A stretch of 64,000 nt of DNA from Cyanobacteria bacterium J06626_4 (GCA_038523235.1 JBCBJQ010000012.1:1-64000), one strand, 5' to 3'. Positions 20,104 through 31,862 are shown, counted from the stretch's first letter. Program-made: numbers and translations. The notes: a model not told the origin generated them from the letters alone.

Positions 20104-21957
20104 TTAGAGCTTCGTGCCACACTCAGGACAAAACGTATGACTGGAAGGATTCTTGGCCCCACAGCTGCTGCAGTACATCAGCTCAATCGTTTGGTGAGCC
20201 GGTGACTTTTGCGGCGGCAAACCAATCATCTGGGCGTTGCTCTTACCCGGAGCCACCATGGGGTAGCAGTTTTCATCGCGGCGCACCCGTACGTCCATCA
20301 GCACCGGGCCATCGTGGGCTAACATCGTGGCGATCGCCTCTGCTAACTCAGAGGGATGGTTCACAATCATGCCTTTGACACCATAGGCATTGGCCAAAAG
20401 TTCAAAATCCGGCATGCCCACCTGCATATTGGAAGACGAGTAGCGCTCACCGAAAAACGACTGCTGCCATTGACGCACCATGCCCTGCCAACCGTTATTA
20501 ATGATGACCGTTTTGACTTTGATATCGTATTGGGCCAGGGTGCCCAGCTCTTGCGGATTCATCTGAAAACTGGCGTCGCCGCTGATGCAGATCGTGACAT
20601 CATCGGGGCGGGCAACCTGAACCCCCATCGCCGCCGGTAGGCCAAAGCCCATGGTGCCTAGTCCGGCGCTGGAAACCCAACGACGGGGACCATTTTTGAG
20701 AAACTGAGCCGCCCACATTTGGTGCTGTCCGACATCGGTGGTGTAAAACGCCTGGGGAGCCTGACGGCACAGCTCCACAATGACTTCTTGCGGGGCAATG
20801 GTCTCATCGTAGGAAGGGACAACAAGGGGATAATCGTCGCGCCAGCGTTGAATGCGATCACGCCAAGCCAGGGTTTTATGCGCATCAGCAGGCTTGTCAA
20901 TCTCATCTAGCCGCTGCAGCAGCCGCTGCAAAACCTGACGCACGTCGCCCACGATCGGCACGTTGGGAATTCGATTTTTGCCCACCTCGGCAGGGTCAAT
21001 ATCAATATGAATGACCTTGGCCCGCGAAGCAAATTCATCCAGCTTGCCGGTAACGCGATCGTCAAAGCGCGCGCCCACAGCAATCAACAAATCACATTCG
21101 CTCACGGCAAAGTTGGCGTAGGCGGTGCCGTGCATGCCCAACATGCCCACGGCAAGCGGATGGTGCTCGTCAAACGCCCCTTTGCCCATCAGCGTCGTCG
21201 TCACCGGAATCGAGAAATATTCTGCGAGGGCTTGAATTTCGGTATGCGCGCCAGCAGTAATCGCCCCGCCCCCAACGTACAGCAACGGCTGCTTCGCGAC
21301 TCGCAACAGGCGAATGGCGTGGTCGATTTGGCGCGGATTACCCTTCACCGTGGGTTTATAGCCCGGCAACTGCACATCGCCTGGCTCCACCGGGATGTAG
21401 TCAAACTCTTCGAGCCCGACATCCTTCGGTACATCGATCAACACCGGCCCCGGTCGCCCAGTTTGGGCAATGAAGAAAGCCTCGGCCACGATCCGTGCCA
21501 TATCACCGGCCGATCGCACCACATAGGAATGTTTGACAACAGGCAGCGTGATGCCAAAAATATCGGTCTCTTGGAACGCATCCGTCCCGATCGCGGCGCG
21601 CGGTACTTGCCCCGTAATCACCACCATGGGAATCGAGTCCATCGCGGCGGTGGCAATGCCCGTTACCAGGTTAGTCGCCCCAGGGCCAGAGGTACCAAAG
21701 CAAACACCGACCTCTCCCGTCGCTCGGGCATAGCCATCAGCGGCATGGGCAGCCCCCTGCTCGTGGCGCACCAAGATGTGACTAATGCCGCCACGCTGCT
21801 CGGCCTTGTACAACTCGTCATAAATGGGCAAAATGGCCCCGCCGGGATACCCAAAAATATGACGCACGCCGTGACGTTGCAGGCTGTCAATCAGAGCAAA
21901 GCCACCGGTGGCTCGCTGAGTTGTCACTTTATCCTGAGCAGTAACAGAAGAGGTCAT
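20104..21957 (-). CDS. ilvB: Acetolactate synthase large subunit with C-terminal Zn ribbon
   Basis: [22 protein letters not shown] and TPP motif GDASFQMN...NN. Likely start is MTSS at 21957. Confidence 0.96.
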   Translation of the reverse strand: MTSSVTAQDKVTTQRATGGFALIDSLQRHGVRHIFGYPGGAILPIYDELYKAEQRGGISHILVRHEQGAAHAADGYARATGEVGVCFGTSGPGATNLVTGIATAAMDSIPMVVITGQVPRAAIGTDAFQETDIFGITLPVVKHSYVVRSAGDMARIVAEAFFIAQTGRPGPVLIDVPKDVGLEEFDYIPVEPGDVQLPGYKPTVKGNPRQIDHAIRLLRVAKQPLLYVGGGAITAGAHTEIQALAEYFSIPVTTTLMGKGAFDEHHPLAVGMLGMHGTAYANFAVSECDLLIAVGARFDDRVTGKLDEFASRAKVIHIDIDPAEVGKNRIPNVPIVGDVRQVLQRLLQRLDEIDKPADAHKTLAWRDRIQRWRDDYPLVVPSYDETIAPQEVIVELCRQAPQAFYTTDVGQHQMWAAQFLKNGPRRWVSSAGLGTMGFGLPAAMGVQVARPDDVTICISGDASFQMNPQELGTLAQYDIKVKTVIINNGWQGMVRQWQQSFFGERYSSSNMQVGMPDFELLANAYGVKGMIVNHPSELAEAIATMLAHDGPVLMDVRVRRDENCYPMVAPGKSNAQMIGLPPQKSPAHQTIELMYCSSCGAKNPSSHTFCPECGTKL

Positions 21958-22292
21958 GAATTTTTGAGGATGATTTTTAAGCAGGTGCGGGCAGTCAATA
22001 AATTCATTCTGAGAGCATGTGAACAGCACCCCCCAGAACGCACAAAAATTTATTTGGACTCCCACTATAGTACGAGATCAATCTGGCACCTTAACAGATG
22101 TCCCGTATCTATAGAATCGCTTTCGATACAGGGGCTAATTGCCTCGCTTCCTAGGGTTTCCGGGATGCCTGAATTATTCTGAGCGGCAGCCGTCGCCCCG
22201 TACATTGATCACTAAGTAAGGATTCCATGACATTTTTGCTGGGGAGTTCACGGGCGGTCAGAACGAGCGATCGCCGTGGGTCTCATCCATCT

Positions 22293-23018
22293 TCATCGTT
22301 CAACGGTAAAGACTTGCTGCTGCAGTGTCAGCAGTTCTTGAATGCCTTTTTCAGCCAAATCTAACAGTTGATTGAGCTGCGATCGCGAATAGCTACCTGC
22401 TTCAGCAGTGCCCTGCACTTCAATGATGTCTAAGCTGTCGTTCAGCACAACATTGCAATCCACAGCGGCAGCGACGTCTTCCTCGTATTTCAGATCCAGT
22501 AGGGCTTCCTCTTCCACAATGCCAACCGAAATCGCTGCGACTGCACGGGTCAAGGGCAGCGTGGGCAGCACTTGCTGATCGACTAGCTTCTGTAGTGCGT
22601 GTTTGAGGGCGACATAACCGCCAGTGATGGAAGTCGTGCGAGTACCGGCATCGGCCTGCAGCACATCGGCATCGACGGTAATCGTGCGCTCACCCAGGGC
22701 ATCAAAGTCTACGGTCGATCGCAGGCTGCGGCCAATCAACCGCTGAATCTCTTGCGTGCGGCCCGACAGCTTCATCAGTTCGCGACGCTGGCGCTCGGGA
22801 GTCGCCCCTGGCAGCATCCGGTATTCGGCTGTGAGCCACCCCCGGCCGGAATTACGGAGAAACGGCGGCACGCCCTCTTCGATCGAGACGGTGCACAGCA
22901 CTTGGGTGTTGCCACACCGGGTCAACACCGACCCGGCCGCAAAACGAGTAAAGTCGAGTTCAAACGAGACGGGCCGGAGTTCATTGGCTTGCCGACCGTC
23001 GGGACGCTGCCATGCCAT
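22293..23018 (-). CDS. rph: Ribonuclease PH
   Basis: [27 protein letters not shown] and VQGTAE. Confidence 0.97.
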   Translation of the reverse strand: MAWQRPDGRQANELRPVSFELDFTRFAAGSVLTRCGNTQVLCTVSIEEGVPPFLRNSGRGWLTAEYRMLPGATPERQRRELMKLSGRTQEIQRLIGRSLRSTVDFDALGERTITVDADVLQADAGTRTTSITGGYVALKHALQKLVDQQVLPTLPLTRAVAAISVGIVEEEALLDLKYEEDVAAAVDCNVVLNDSLDIIEVQGTAEAGSYSRSQLNQLLDLAEKGIQELLTLQQQVFTVER

Positions 23019-23200
23019 CACTGCTGCCTCAATGCGCCAAAATCCTCATCCACCATACAGCAGGGGCGATCGCGCAGCAATGCGAATGGAGAGAGAACGA
23101 TGGGCGATGACTGGGGGTTAGGGTTTAGGGTGCAAGATTCGGTAACTTGCCCAAGGTTGAGGAGATTGCTGTCAACCAGGTCTCGTTCAGAGTTCGGCAC

Positions 23201-23242
23201 TACGCAATTTACCTTCAAGCTTACGCAATTTACCTTCAAGCT
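23201..23242. repeat. Perfect 21-bp tandem duplication spanning the def stop codon
   Basis: TACGCAATTTACCTTCAAGCT occurs twice in tandem. Confidence 0.95.
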
Positions 23243-23802
23243 AATGAGTCGTTGCGAGCTGTCACGATCGCGGGCATCGAGTCGAGTTGGTCAAAGTAGG
23301 CCTGTTCGGTGAGCAGTGTGGTGGGATCGGCGACGCGATCAGTAAACACGGTGCCCTGCACATGATCCAGCTCATGTTGAAAAATGCGAGCCACAAAATC
23401 GGTGAATACCTGACGTTTGATCTGGCCATGGCGATCGCCATATTCCACTTCGATTTCTCGCCATCGCTCCACTTGGCCCCGCTGGTCGGGCACGCTCAGG
23501 CACCCTTCCCAATCGGCGATGCGATCATCAGAGTGCGCCACAATGTGGGGGTTAATCATCGGGGTAGGGGCCATCGTGGGCGCGTGGGGATAGCGCAGCG
23601 TGGGGCGCGACGCCACGATAAATAGCTGTTTGGCAACGCCAACCTGCGGCGCGGCGATACCGACCCCGTTAGTCTTTTCCGCTGTCCAGATGAGATTTTT
23701 GATCAGCGTTTGCAGGGGGCGATCGAGGGTGACTATGGGCTCAGCCATCAGTCGTAGTCGAGGATCACCCACCGTCAAAACGGTTAGCTGCTTTTTCCAC
23801 AT
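23236..23802 (-). CDS. def: Peptide deformylase
   Basis: GVGIAAPQ, EGCLS and QHELDH motifs. Confidence 0.96.
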   Translation of the reverse strand: MWKKQLTVLTVGDPRLRLMAEPIVTLDRPLQTLIKNLIWTAEKTNGVGIAAPQVGVAKQLFIVASRPTLRYPHAPTMAPTPMINPHIVAHSDDRIADWEGCLSVPDQRGQVERWREIEVEYGDRHGQIKRQVFTDFVARIFQHELDHVQGTVFTDRVADPTTLLTEQAYFDQLDSMPAIVTARNDSLA

Positions 23803-24084
23803 AGGTCTCAGACCGGTTCTCCGCAACTGCACGACAACTCAAACGCTTCGGCTCAAAGATGTTTCTGATCATAAAGCACGTTAGCAATGAGCCTCCAATA
23901 CTGAGATCGGGCATCACTGTGTGCATGTCTCAGCCCTCAATTCATGAAATGATTCAGGCAGAGGCAGAGCAAAATCGAGGAATTGTGGCCAACCGTTGCC
24001 TGTAAACCCTAACGTTTGCCGAGGCTGCAGTGCCCTAGTGGTCTGTCAGTTCTCAATTTGTGGGTTGTTGACTTTCAGAACGAT

Positions 24085-24198
24085 GGCAATCCGGATTGAT
24101 TTCTGTGGGGAAAACGGGCAAGATGCCCGTCCAAACAAGACACCTGCTCTTCAAGTTTGAGGATGCGCAAATTTAAACTTGGCGCTGCACTAGCTTAG
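24085..24198. repeat. Degenerate REP/MITE-like element with palindrome ACGGGCA-AGA-TGCCCGT
   Basis: Palindrome at 24114-24130. Flanks GGCAATCCGGATTGATTTCT and GATGCGCAAATTTAAA...AGCTTAG resemble recalled cyanobacterial small repeats. Confidence 0.45.
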
Positions 24199-24299
24199 AG
24201 CGGCAAATAACTTGAAAGTCCCAACGGCGATCGCCGCTCGCCGATCCAGTCAGGATGCGGCAACGACAGTGGCGATCGCGGCTCCAGTTTCGTCTCGGC

Positions 24300-24848
24300 T
24301 TAGACCGTCACACCGGCAACGCTGAGATACCCCAATTCCTCCAGCTTGGCCATGATCTTATCGACGCTTTCGGTCAAAGATTCCTTATGAGTTTCGCAGT
24401 TGACTTCGGGGTTGAGCGGCGCTTCATAGGGATCATCAATGCCCGTGAATTGCTTGATCTCTCCAGAACGAGCCTTTTTGTAGAGACCTTTGACGTCGCG
24501 CGATTCGCACACTTCGAGGGGCGCGCTGACATATACCTCCATAAAATCACCAATCATCTCGCGAACTTCTTCGCGGACGGCTCGGTAGGGCGAGATCGCT
24601 GACACTAAAACGATGACACCATTGCGCGTCAACAGATGAGAGACAAAGCCAATGCGACGAATGTTCGTATCGCGGTCTTCTTTGCTGAAGCCCAAACCTT
24701 TGGTGAGATTTGTGCGGACGATGTCACCATCTAAGACTTCTAATTTGCACTGGTGATCGCGTAGACGCTGTGCCAGCGCGTCTGTGATCGTGCTTTTGCC
24801 TGCGCCGCTGAGCCCAGTCAACCAAACGGTAACGCCACGATGTTCCAT
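24300..24848 (-). CDS. cysC: Adenylyl-sulfate kinase
   Basis: WLTGLSGAGKST, LDGD.VR, ISPY, RDVKGLY and FTGIDDPYE. Confidence 0.97.
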   Translation of the reverse strand: MEHRGVTVWLTGLSGAGKSTITDALAQRLRDHQCKLEVLDGDIVRTNLTKGLGFSKEDRDTNIRRIGFVSHLLTRNGVIVLVSAISPYRAVREEVREMIGDFMEVYVSAPLEVCESRDVKGLYKKARSGEIKQFTGIDDPYEAPLNPEVNCETHKESLTESVDKIMAKLEELGYLSVAGVTV

Positions 24849-25291
24849 ATTTCTCCTATATTTCGATCTTGTACGGCAATGGAGGTGCCCACTGCTAGGG
24901 CTGCTCTAAAAGTACCCAATTGCCGGTCTTGGGTAAGCCTGCATCAAGCGTGATCTTGCAACTTGAGGCTGGCGATCGCCCGGCTCAGAACGCAGTGGCT
25001 GACACCTATATAGATTATCTGAGCGTGTGTAAACCCACGGAGTTCCCGAACTTCCCACATGCCGTCAGCTGGGTGACCTCTGATCAGCAGCCTTGAGAAC
25101 GGCGTGAGTCGGTTGTCCTGAACAGTGCAGTAGCCGTAGCGGCGCGCGATGATCCAACGCGGGGAAAAACCCCGACCAGGCTGGCCAGCGTTACACTCAG
25201 ATGAACGCCACTGCCACGGACTTGATAGCGATATATCTGCTATGGATCAGGGCAGTACACCACCTCAAACCTTGTCAGGGGAAGGTTTTGA

Positions 25292-26446
25292 ATGTCTTCT
25301 AACGAACAGCGCATCACGTTTTCCCTTAACAGTCTGGTGTTACTGGTGCTCTCGGTGCCTTTGCTCTTGCTGCTGTGGCAGCTGCGGAGTCTGTTTTTAT
25401 TAGTGATGATCGCGATCGTGCTAGCTGCTTCGATCGCCCCCGTGGTGGATTGGGCAGAACGCTATCGGATTCCTCGCTGGCTCGGGGTAGTACTGACCTA
25501 TCTGACGATCGTATCGATCATTACGGGAGTCGGACTTTGGGTGGGGCCAACGGTCGCGGAGCAGATTCAGCGGTTGATTCGGCAGATTCCCGTCTCGCTA
25601 AAACAAGTTTTGGACTATGCCGAAACTTGGATTGTTTCTTTTAATGATGAACGACCCGATTTTACGAGTGAACTGATTAACCAGTTCATCGATGTGCAGG
25701 GATTAAGTCGCTGGTTGATTCGCTCTAGTCAGCAGCTGTTGGTGCGATCCTATGGACTGACAACGGGAATTTTAGGCGGCTTCTTTAGTCTGATTCTCGC
25801 CCTCTTTTTATCGGGCTACATGCTGGCGGATAGCCGCACCCTGGTGAAAAATTTTGTGCGCCTGCTGCCGCAGCCCTGGGACGATCGCATAGTGGCGCAG
25901 GTGGGGCCCATCAGCAATCGGATGGGCAGCTATATCCGAGGGCGACTGTTAGTGTCGACCATCTTGGCCCTGGCGACCACGGTTAGCCTCAGTATTTTGG
26001 GCTTATCTGACTTTGCGTTGGGCCTAGGAGCAATTTCTGGCTTCACTAATTTAATCCCGTTCTTAGGGCCAATTTTGGGAGCAATTCCCGCATTAGTGGT
26101 AGCAATTTCCCAAGGCGGCTGGACGTTTCTGTGGGTACTCATCCTTTACGTCGTCATTCAAAATTTAGAAACCTATGTGCTCGACCCATTACTCGTGGGC
26201 ACATCGGTCGGTGTCCATCCGCTTTATCAGCTTCTGGCAGTCTTAGGCGGCACCCAAGTGCTGGGCATCATCGGCGCGCTCATCGTGCCCCCCTGGGTAG
26301 CGGGCGGGGCCGTGCTGCTAGAAAATCTTTATCTGCGGCCCAAACTGATGGCCGAACGGCGGCGGCGATCGCCGCCCGTGCCCCTCACCGAAGAAACCAA
26401 AGCGCCCAGTCGCTCGTCTGCCAGTCCGATGATGGCCGATGGCTGA
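25292..26446 (+). CDS. AI-2E family transporter (PerM-like)
   Basis: Multiple TM segments; NLIPFLGP, IQNLE.YVL.P...G..VGVHP and LGIIGALI. Confidence 0.92.
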   Translation: MSSNEQRITFSLNSLVLLVLSVPLLLLLWQLRSLFLLVMIAIVLAASIAPVVDWAERYRIPRWLGVVLTYLTIVSIITGVGLWVGPTVAEQIQRLIRQIPVSLKQVLDYAETWIVSFNDERPDFTSELINQFIDVQGLSRWLIRSSQQLLVRSYGLTTGILGGFFSLILALFLSGYMLADSRTLVKNFVRLLPQPWDDRIVAQVGPISNRMGSYIRGRLLVSTILALATTVSLSILGLSDFALGLGAISGFTNLIPFLGPILGAIPALVVAISQGGWTFLWVLILYVVIQNLETYVLDPLLVGTSVGVHPLYQLLAVLGGTQVLGIIGALIVPPWVAGGAVLLENLYLRPKLMAERRRRSPPVPLTEETKAPSRSSASPMMADG

Positions 26447-26648
26447 GGGCTGCCTCCGCTCCGGATAAACACCACGAGATTTGATCATGGCAGCTTGGCG
26501 GCAGGTGTAACAACAGCCCCTCGCCTTGCTTAGCGTCATCAGACCGACCCAGGCGTTACAAAGCCGCTACAGGGGGTGGTAAATCGATGAGGATATGTCA
26601 CTATAGGGAGCTAGATTTGAGTTTGCCTAACTTACTGTTCGTCGTGGT

Positions 26649-27392
26649 GTGCCGATGTCTGGGATAAAAACGCTTCAGCGGTGGGGTCTAATCACGACAC
26701 TGGTGACAGGGGGCATCATCGCCCCTCAGGCCTGGGCGGACGATTTTCCGCCTTGTGGGCCACCCGCGGCCAATGAATATTTGCTCTTGGTGCAGGGCGA
26801 TACCGTGGATGCCCGCGATCGCATTCAAAACCTGCTCCCCACGACGACGAGTATTAGCGTGTGTCGTTATCTCGACGATATCGTTGTTAGAGCTGGCGGG
26901 TTCACCAGTTTAGAAAACGCCAACGCCTGGGCGCAATACCTCACCGAAGTCGAAGGAGCCCAAGCCTTTGTGGCTAGACCCGCCGCTCCCGGTGAAGTGT
27001 CAGCCGACGAACCCATTGCCGCCGAGCCCGTCGTACCAGAGCCCGTCGTACCGGCAGAACCGACGACCCCAACGCCAAGTGAGCCAGTCGCCACTACCCC
27101 AGACCCCATGCCAGATACCACCGTCGCCTATGCGCCAAAACTGTTGGGCGAAGGCTATGCCGTGCTGGTTGACTATAGCAATGACCCAGAAGTGGCCAAA
27201 CAACTACAGCAGACCCTCAATCAATCAATTGGCCTAGCAGTTTATGAACAGCGACCATTTTTGCTGGCCACTCAAAGCCCCGATCCTCAAACGGCCACCC
27301 AAGTGCTGCAAATGCTAAGCAGCAGCTTTGGTGCGTTCATCGTCGATAGCAGTGAAGTCGTCTTGCTGTCGCCTGCCGTCGATACGCCCTGA
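26649..27392 (+). CDS. Exported hypothetical protein with SPOR-like modules and Pro-rich linker
   Basis: Signal peptide AWA|D; C..P...EYLLLV, RAGGFTSLENANAWAQYL and a PEP/PT-rich linker. Confidence 0.7.
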   Translation: MPMSGIKTLQRWGLITTLVTGGIIAPQAWADDFPPCGPPAANEYLLLVQGDTVDARDRIQNLLPTTTSISVCRYLDDIVVRAGGFTSLENANAWAQYLTEVEGAQAFVARPAAPGEVSADEPIAAEPVVPEPVVPAEPTTPTPSEPVATTPDPMPDTTVAYAPKLLGEGYAVLVDYSNDPEVAKQLQQTLNQSIGLAVYEQRPFLLATQSPDPQTATQVLQMLSSSFGAFIVDSSEVVLLSPAVDTP

Positions 27393-27442
27393 AGGACTGG
27401 CATCCATCACAGCAGCGGGTTTTCATCAGTGGGAGCAGGGTG

Positions 27443-27571
27443 TAAGTAGGTAGACATCAATAACGATGCTGTAGGGTGCTGTTAGGCGTAGCCGCAACGC
27501 ACCACTCTGTAAGGCTTTGATGTTGACGCTATCGCTAACGCATCTTGCAAATAATTACTCCTGCCTATTTA
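27443..27571. mobile_element. MITE-like element (~129 bp) containing a GTAG-type REP hairpin
   Basis: Imperfect terminal inverted repeats TAAGTAGGTAG...CTGCCTATTTA. Internal GTAGGGTGCTGTTAGGCGTAGCCGCAACGCACC. Sits between convergent genes. Confidence 0.65.
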
Positions 27572-27583
27572 AGGGAGCGAATG

Positions 27584-28654
27584 CTACAAGTAGGGACTGC
27601 TTGATGCCGGTAGACCAGTGAGCGTTCCCTCGCCAGCAATGACCCGACCGATCGCATAGGCCGCCACCCCCTGCGCCTCAAAATGGGCGATCGCCGCTGC
27701 TGCCGCTTCATCCGGCACCATTACCACAAACCCGATGCCCATATTAAAGGTGTCAAACATGGCTGCTGGGGAAACACCACCAGCTTCAGCCAACCATTTA
27801 AAAATGGGCAACACCGGCCAACTCGCTGGTTCGAGCTGAATCGCCAGGCGATCGCTCAAGCAGCGGGGTAGATTTTCTGGCAGACCGCCCCCCGTAATAT
27901 GAGCCATCGCGTGTAGGGGTAACCCGGCTCGCTGCGCTGACAAAATGGGTTTGATGTAGAGCTGGGTGGGAGTCAGTAAGGCCTCAGCGAGGGATTGCCC
28001 GGCTAGCAAAGGCGGACAGTCAGACCAGTCATAGCCAGGGGTAGCGCGATCGCGGCGAGGAGCCTCAGCCATAATTTTGCGCACCAGGCTATAGCCATTG
28101 CTATGCACCCCTCGACTCGCCAGACCAATCACCGCATCTCCAGCGGCAAGCTGAGTGCCATCCAAAATCTGGGCTTTTTCGACAACGCCCACACAAAATC
28201 CTGCCAAGTCATATTCCCCTGGCTGGTAGAAACCCGGCATCTCAGCGGTTTCGCCGCCCACTAAAGCACAACCAGCCTCACGACATCCCGTAGCAATACC
28301 CCCTACCACAGCAGCCAACTGCTCGGGGTCGAGCTTGCCTGTCGCTAAATAATCGAGAAAAAAGAGGGGTTCAGCACCGCTGGTCAACACATCGTTGGCA
28401 CACATCGCCACGAGATCAATACCCACCGATTGATGACGATTGAGCGCCTGCGCCACTTTAAGCTTGGTACCCACACCATCGGTGCCCGAGACCAACACAG
28501 GCGTTTGATACCCCGAGGGCAGTTCAAACAAGCCGCCAAACCCGCCGAGTCCGCCCAGCACCTCTGGCCGATGGGTGCTGCTCACCATCTGGCGAATGCG
28601 ATCGACAAAGGCGCGACCGGCCTCGACATCCACGCCAGCGTCTCGATAATCCAT
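27584..28654 (-). CDS. purM: Phosphoribosylformylglycinamidine cyclo-ligase
   Basis: [40 protein letters not shown] and HITGGG. Confidence 0.98.
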   Translation of the reverse strand: MDYRDAGVDVEAGRAFVDRIRQMVSSTHRPEVLGGLGGFGGLFELPSGYQTPVLVSGTDGVGTKLKVAQALNRHQSVGIDLVAMCANDVLTSGAEPLFFLDYLATGKLDPEQLAAVVGGIATGCREAGCALVGGETAEMPGFYQPGEYDLAGFCVGVVEKAQILDGTQLAAGDAVIGLASRGVHSNGYSLVRKIMAEAPRRDRATPGYDWSDCPPLLAGQSLAEALLTPTQLYIKPILSAQRAGLPLHAMAHITGGGLPENLPRCLSDRLAIQLEPASWPVLPIFKWLAEAGGVSPAAMFDTFNMGIGFVVMVPDEAAAAAIAHFEAQGVAAYAIGRVIAGEGTLTGLPASSSPYL

Positions 28655-29241
28655 CGTTTTTGCCCTCAAAACGCCACCGCCTCTCAGCTTATGACAGAAG
28701 ATCCCTCATTCTGAGCATTGGTAAGCGCCGTTCCGATGCGCGATCGCATCAGCAAACACAAACCGTCAAATAACCTCAACTTATGGCATGGCCTTGAGTT
28801 CGGCCTGATTGTCCTCAGCAGTGACACTGCAATTTATTGCACTTAAATCTGCTCATGGAACAAATTCGGCGACGGCGAGCAATCAGCTAAGGATTGCATT
28901 TTTGAAAGCTTCGTTTGCCCACTGATAAGTTTTATTGACCCCATTTTGGGTGCGCGATCACCCTTCTACATCCGCAGGCACGGGGATCAGGCGATTTTAT
29001 GCCGCATCCTAAGAAAGGTTAACAATTTCAGGAATTTGATTCTGCCCTGATGGATGCGGATTGCCAATCTGAAGCTTCGTGCTAACGTACGGAGCGATTA
29101 AACGTTACGAAAGATTTTTTCTAGGTAGGTGTAAACGCAGTCGCACCCACTCAACCGGCCCTGGTTGAGATTCAGGCTCCTGCTGCAGCGACCAATTCTC
29201 AGTTGCTTACACCTGCCCTGTTGAGTTCTAGTGATCCCATA

Positions 29242-30174
29242 ATGATTCAAACTTTGTGTCGTAGTCTTGCCGCTGCTGTATTGGTTTCCGCCGCTGGCGT
29301 ACCCCTATCAGCCAATGCTGAGCCAGCGGCTCAGGATGCCTACGCGAATTCTCAGGAAACTTTGGAAATTGCTGCTGAGCAATTAGACCCGGCAGCTGCA
29401 GAATTAGTTCCCCAGGATAATGACTCAGCTCGCTTGGAGCCTGAAACGCTAGAGCTTTCAGAAATATTTCAGATTACGACCCACACCGTCGATGAGCGCC
29501 GCATCGCGATCTTGCACATCGACGACCTGCCGACCCTGACTTTCGTCGAGAAAACTACGGATGCAGCCCTGGAGCCTGCTAGCCGCGCGGAACAGGTTGC
29601 CCAGCACCTCGAGCAGGTTTATCAAGCCGATAGCAACGCCGACGCCATTCTTGTGCGATGGGATGAAGCGTTGGAAGAATATGCCATCACCCTAGACGGG
29701 GAAACGGTCGTTTTGATTAACGACACCACCCAATACTTCAATCCCACCGGTGAAACAGCAATCGATGCGCTGCAAGCCACGAATCGACTGCGAATGTTGT
29801 TGGGGGAACCCGAGGCTCTGACCGCAATTGAAGGTCAGCCAGAACCTGAAATCGCAACTCAAGCTGACTGGGGAGTGGCTTCTGTGTTTTCGGGGCAAGC
29901 CTCTTGGTATGGCCCGGGGTTCCACGGACGGCAGACGGCCAGTGGTGAACGGTTTAACCAAAATGCAATGACAGCAGCCCACCGCACTTTGCCTTTTGGT
30001 ACCCGCGTCCGGGTGATCAACGTTAACAACAATAGTGAGATCATCGTTCGCATCAACGATCGCGGGCCTTTCTCTCGGGGTCGTGTGATCGACCTTTCAG
30101 CCGCCGCCGCTCGTGAGATTGGGCTTGATCGCGCGGGCGTTGGCCCGGTACGAGTTGAGGTGTTGACCGACTAA
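29242..30174 (+). CDS. rlpA: Septal ring lytic transglycosylase RlpA family
   Basis: [29 protein letters not shown] and VRINDRGPF...RVIDLS; signal peptide. Confidence 0.92.
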   Translation: MIQTLCRSLAAAVLVSAAGVPLSANAEPAAQDAYANSQETLEIAAEQLDPAAAELVPQDNDSARLEPETLELSEIFQITTHTVDERRIAILHIDDLPTLTFVEKTTDAALEPASRAEQVAQHLEQVYQADSNADAILVRWDEALEEYAITLDGETVVLINDTTQYFNPTGETAIDALQATNRLRMLLGEPEALTAIEGQPEPEIATQADWGVASVFSGQASWYGPGFHGRQTASGERFNQNAMTAAHRTLPFGTRVRVINVNNNSEIIVRINDRGPFSRGRVIDLSAAAAREIGLDRAGVGPVRVEVLTD

Positions 30175-30538
30175 TTAGCGACCGAGTGTCGCCATCAATT
30201 GCGGCCGTTCGTAGCTGCTCTGTGAGCTGACTTAGGTTAGCTTGCGTTGACTCTGCGGGCGGCTTTCCTGATCAAAAACAGGTACTTGAGACAACGGACA
30301 AGTTTTAGCCCAGTTCTGCCAAGTAGCGCTATGGATCGGGGATACCCTGCTGTCGCGGCCCCCTGATGGCACCTGACAGTTGTCGGTTGGGAGTGTCGCG
30401 ATCTCGGCAGAGGGAGTATTCTCAATGCTAATTCTCCGCGACGGTTAGAGCGGTTGGATGGTTTTGTAGAGAGCAGTTGACAACCTAGACGACGAGATGT
30501 CGCTAGCGACCAACAGCGAGGTTCTCTCCAGATGGCGG

Positions 30539-31318
30539 TTACGGTTTAACCGGTTGATAATCTTGGGTATTCGGTAGAGACCAGCCCAACTCATCGGCGT
30601 CTGGCCAACCTGGCCAATCACGCCGCACGAAGCGCGTCGGTTGGCCCACACAGACAGCGGCGATCGCAGTTGCATCCGGGCACCAGAGCTGCGTTTGCCA
30701 GTGCGTAGTCGTGACCCCAGCTGCCTGCACTGGGTGCACGATCTGCGGTGTCGGCTGCACCCTAACCTGCACTGACGTCATGGGATAACTCAACCCTAGT
30801 CCCACCGCTTTGAGATGGGCTTCTTTCACCGTCCAGTATTGGATAAAGCGCTCTAGGCGCTCCGTTTGAACAGGGGGTAGAGTCGCTTGCTCGACGGGTG
30901 TCAGGCAGCGCTTGATCAGGGCCTCTAATCGCTGGCGCGGGGCCAGTTGCTCAACATCAACGCCCAGCCACTGACAATGGCCCACACCATATACCACCCA
31001 CGAGCCGCTGTGAGCCAGGTTGAACTGCAGGTTCGTAAAAGTGCGACTGAGCTGAGGCCGACCATAGGCACCATAGTCAAATTGCACCGCCGTAGGTGTA
31101 CAGCCCAAGTAGGCCGCCAGCAGACAGCGCAGACCCGCTCGGCTCACGATGAATTGATGACGAGCCGCCGATCGCACGAGTCGTTGAGCGCGATCGCGCT
31201 CAGTCGGAGACAGCCACGACTCGCACAGAGCGAGATCCACCTTGGCAGTCGGCAAATGCAGCTGCCACAAGTGCGTTTCTGAGAGCTGAGGGGGAGCAAG
31301 CTGGCAGCGCATACGCAT
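30539..31318 (-). CDS. Sfp/HetI-type 4'-phosphopantetheinyl transferase
   Basis: FNLAHSG, LGVDVE and WTVKEA.LKA.G.GL. Confidence 0.92.
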   Translation of the reverse strand: MRMRCQLAPPQLSETHLWQLHLPTAKVDLALCESWLSPTERDRAQRLVRSAARHQFIVSRAGLRCLLAAYLGCTPTAVQFDYGAYGRPQLSRTFTNLQFNLAHSGSWVVYGVGHCQWLGVDVEQLAPRQRLEALIKRCLTPVEQATLPPVQTERLERFIQYWTVKEAHLKAVGLGLSYPMTSVQVRVQPTPQIVHPVQAAGVTTTHWQTQLWCPDATAIAAVCVGQPTRFVRRDWPGWPDADELGWSLPNTQDYQPVKP

Positions 31319-31427
31319 CCATCGTCAAAAATTCTATCCACCGCTTGGTTGTTGAGTAGATGAGGCTGATCATCCCATGCGGTCTACCGGCTCAGCCGCC
31401 AGCGCTCCACTGTCATCCGTTACGCTT

Positions 31428-31602
31428 TCTCCACGCCGGTGGGAATGCTAGAGCCGGAGTCAAGCCTCACCCGCCTGGCTACGGATCGCTTCTCAGTCAT
31501 CGGGACCCTCGCCCCCGGCTACCAGTTCAGCACCCGGAGGCGGACAGGCCTGCCGTCATCGCTTCGTCCACGCAGCGGTGGGACTACCATCTAGCGTGGG
31601 GG
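31428..31602 (-). ncRNA. ssrS: Probable 6S RNA (possibly a divergent second copy)
   Basis: ~175-nt rod. Closing stem CCACGCU/GGCGUGG, central bubble, CAGGCCUGUCCGCCU pairing with AGGCGGGUGAGGCUUG, CGGGUGCU/AGCGAUCCG, and an apical hairpin. Block order matches recalled cyanobacterial 6S. Confidence 0.7.
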
Positions 31603-31862
31603 AATGAGTTTTTGATGACGAGTTTCCTGAGGATTTACCTCATCCAGTGAATAGAAAGCAGGCGAGATGATATTTTGAGACTCGGTGCTTGATGGATCTT
31701 CAACGTGGAGCATCAGCTTCATGAGTAATTTAACTGGTATCGCTGAGCCCCCTGAGCCACCGACATCGATGCCTTCCTCAAGACTTTATCTCAGGCTAGC
31801 CCTCGAGCCATTATCTGCCACCCATCAACGTTTAACGTTTCCCATCCCGTTACGATTAGCTT

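Noticed and set aside
21007..22182. 391-aa + strand ORF
   Set aside because: Antisense shadow of ilvB with no recognisable motifs.
22599..23312. 237-aa + strand ORF
   Set aside because: Antisense to rph and def, with no coding signature.
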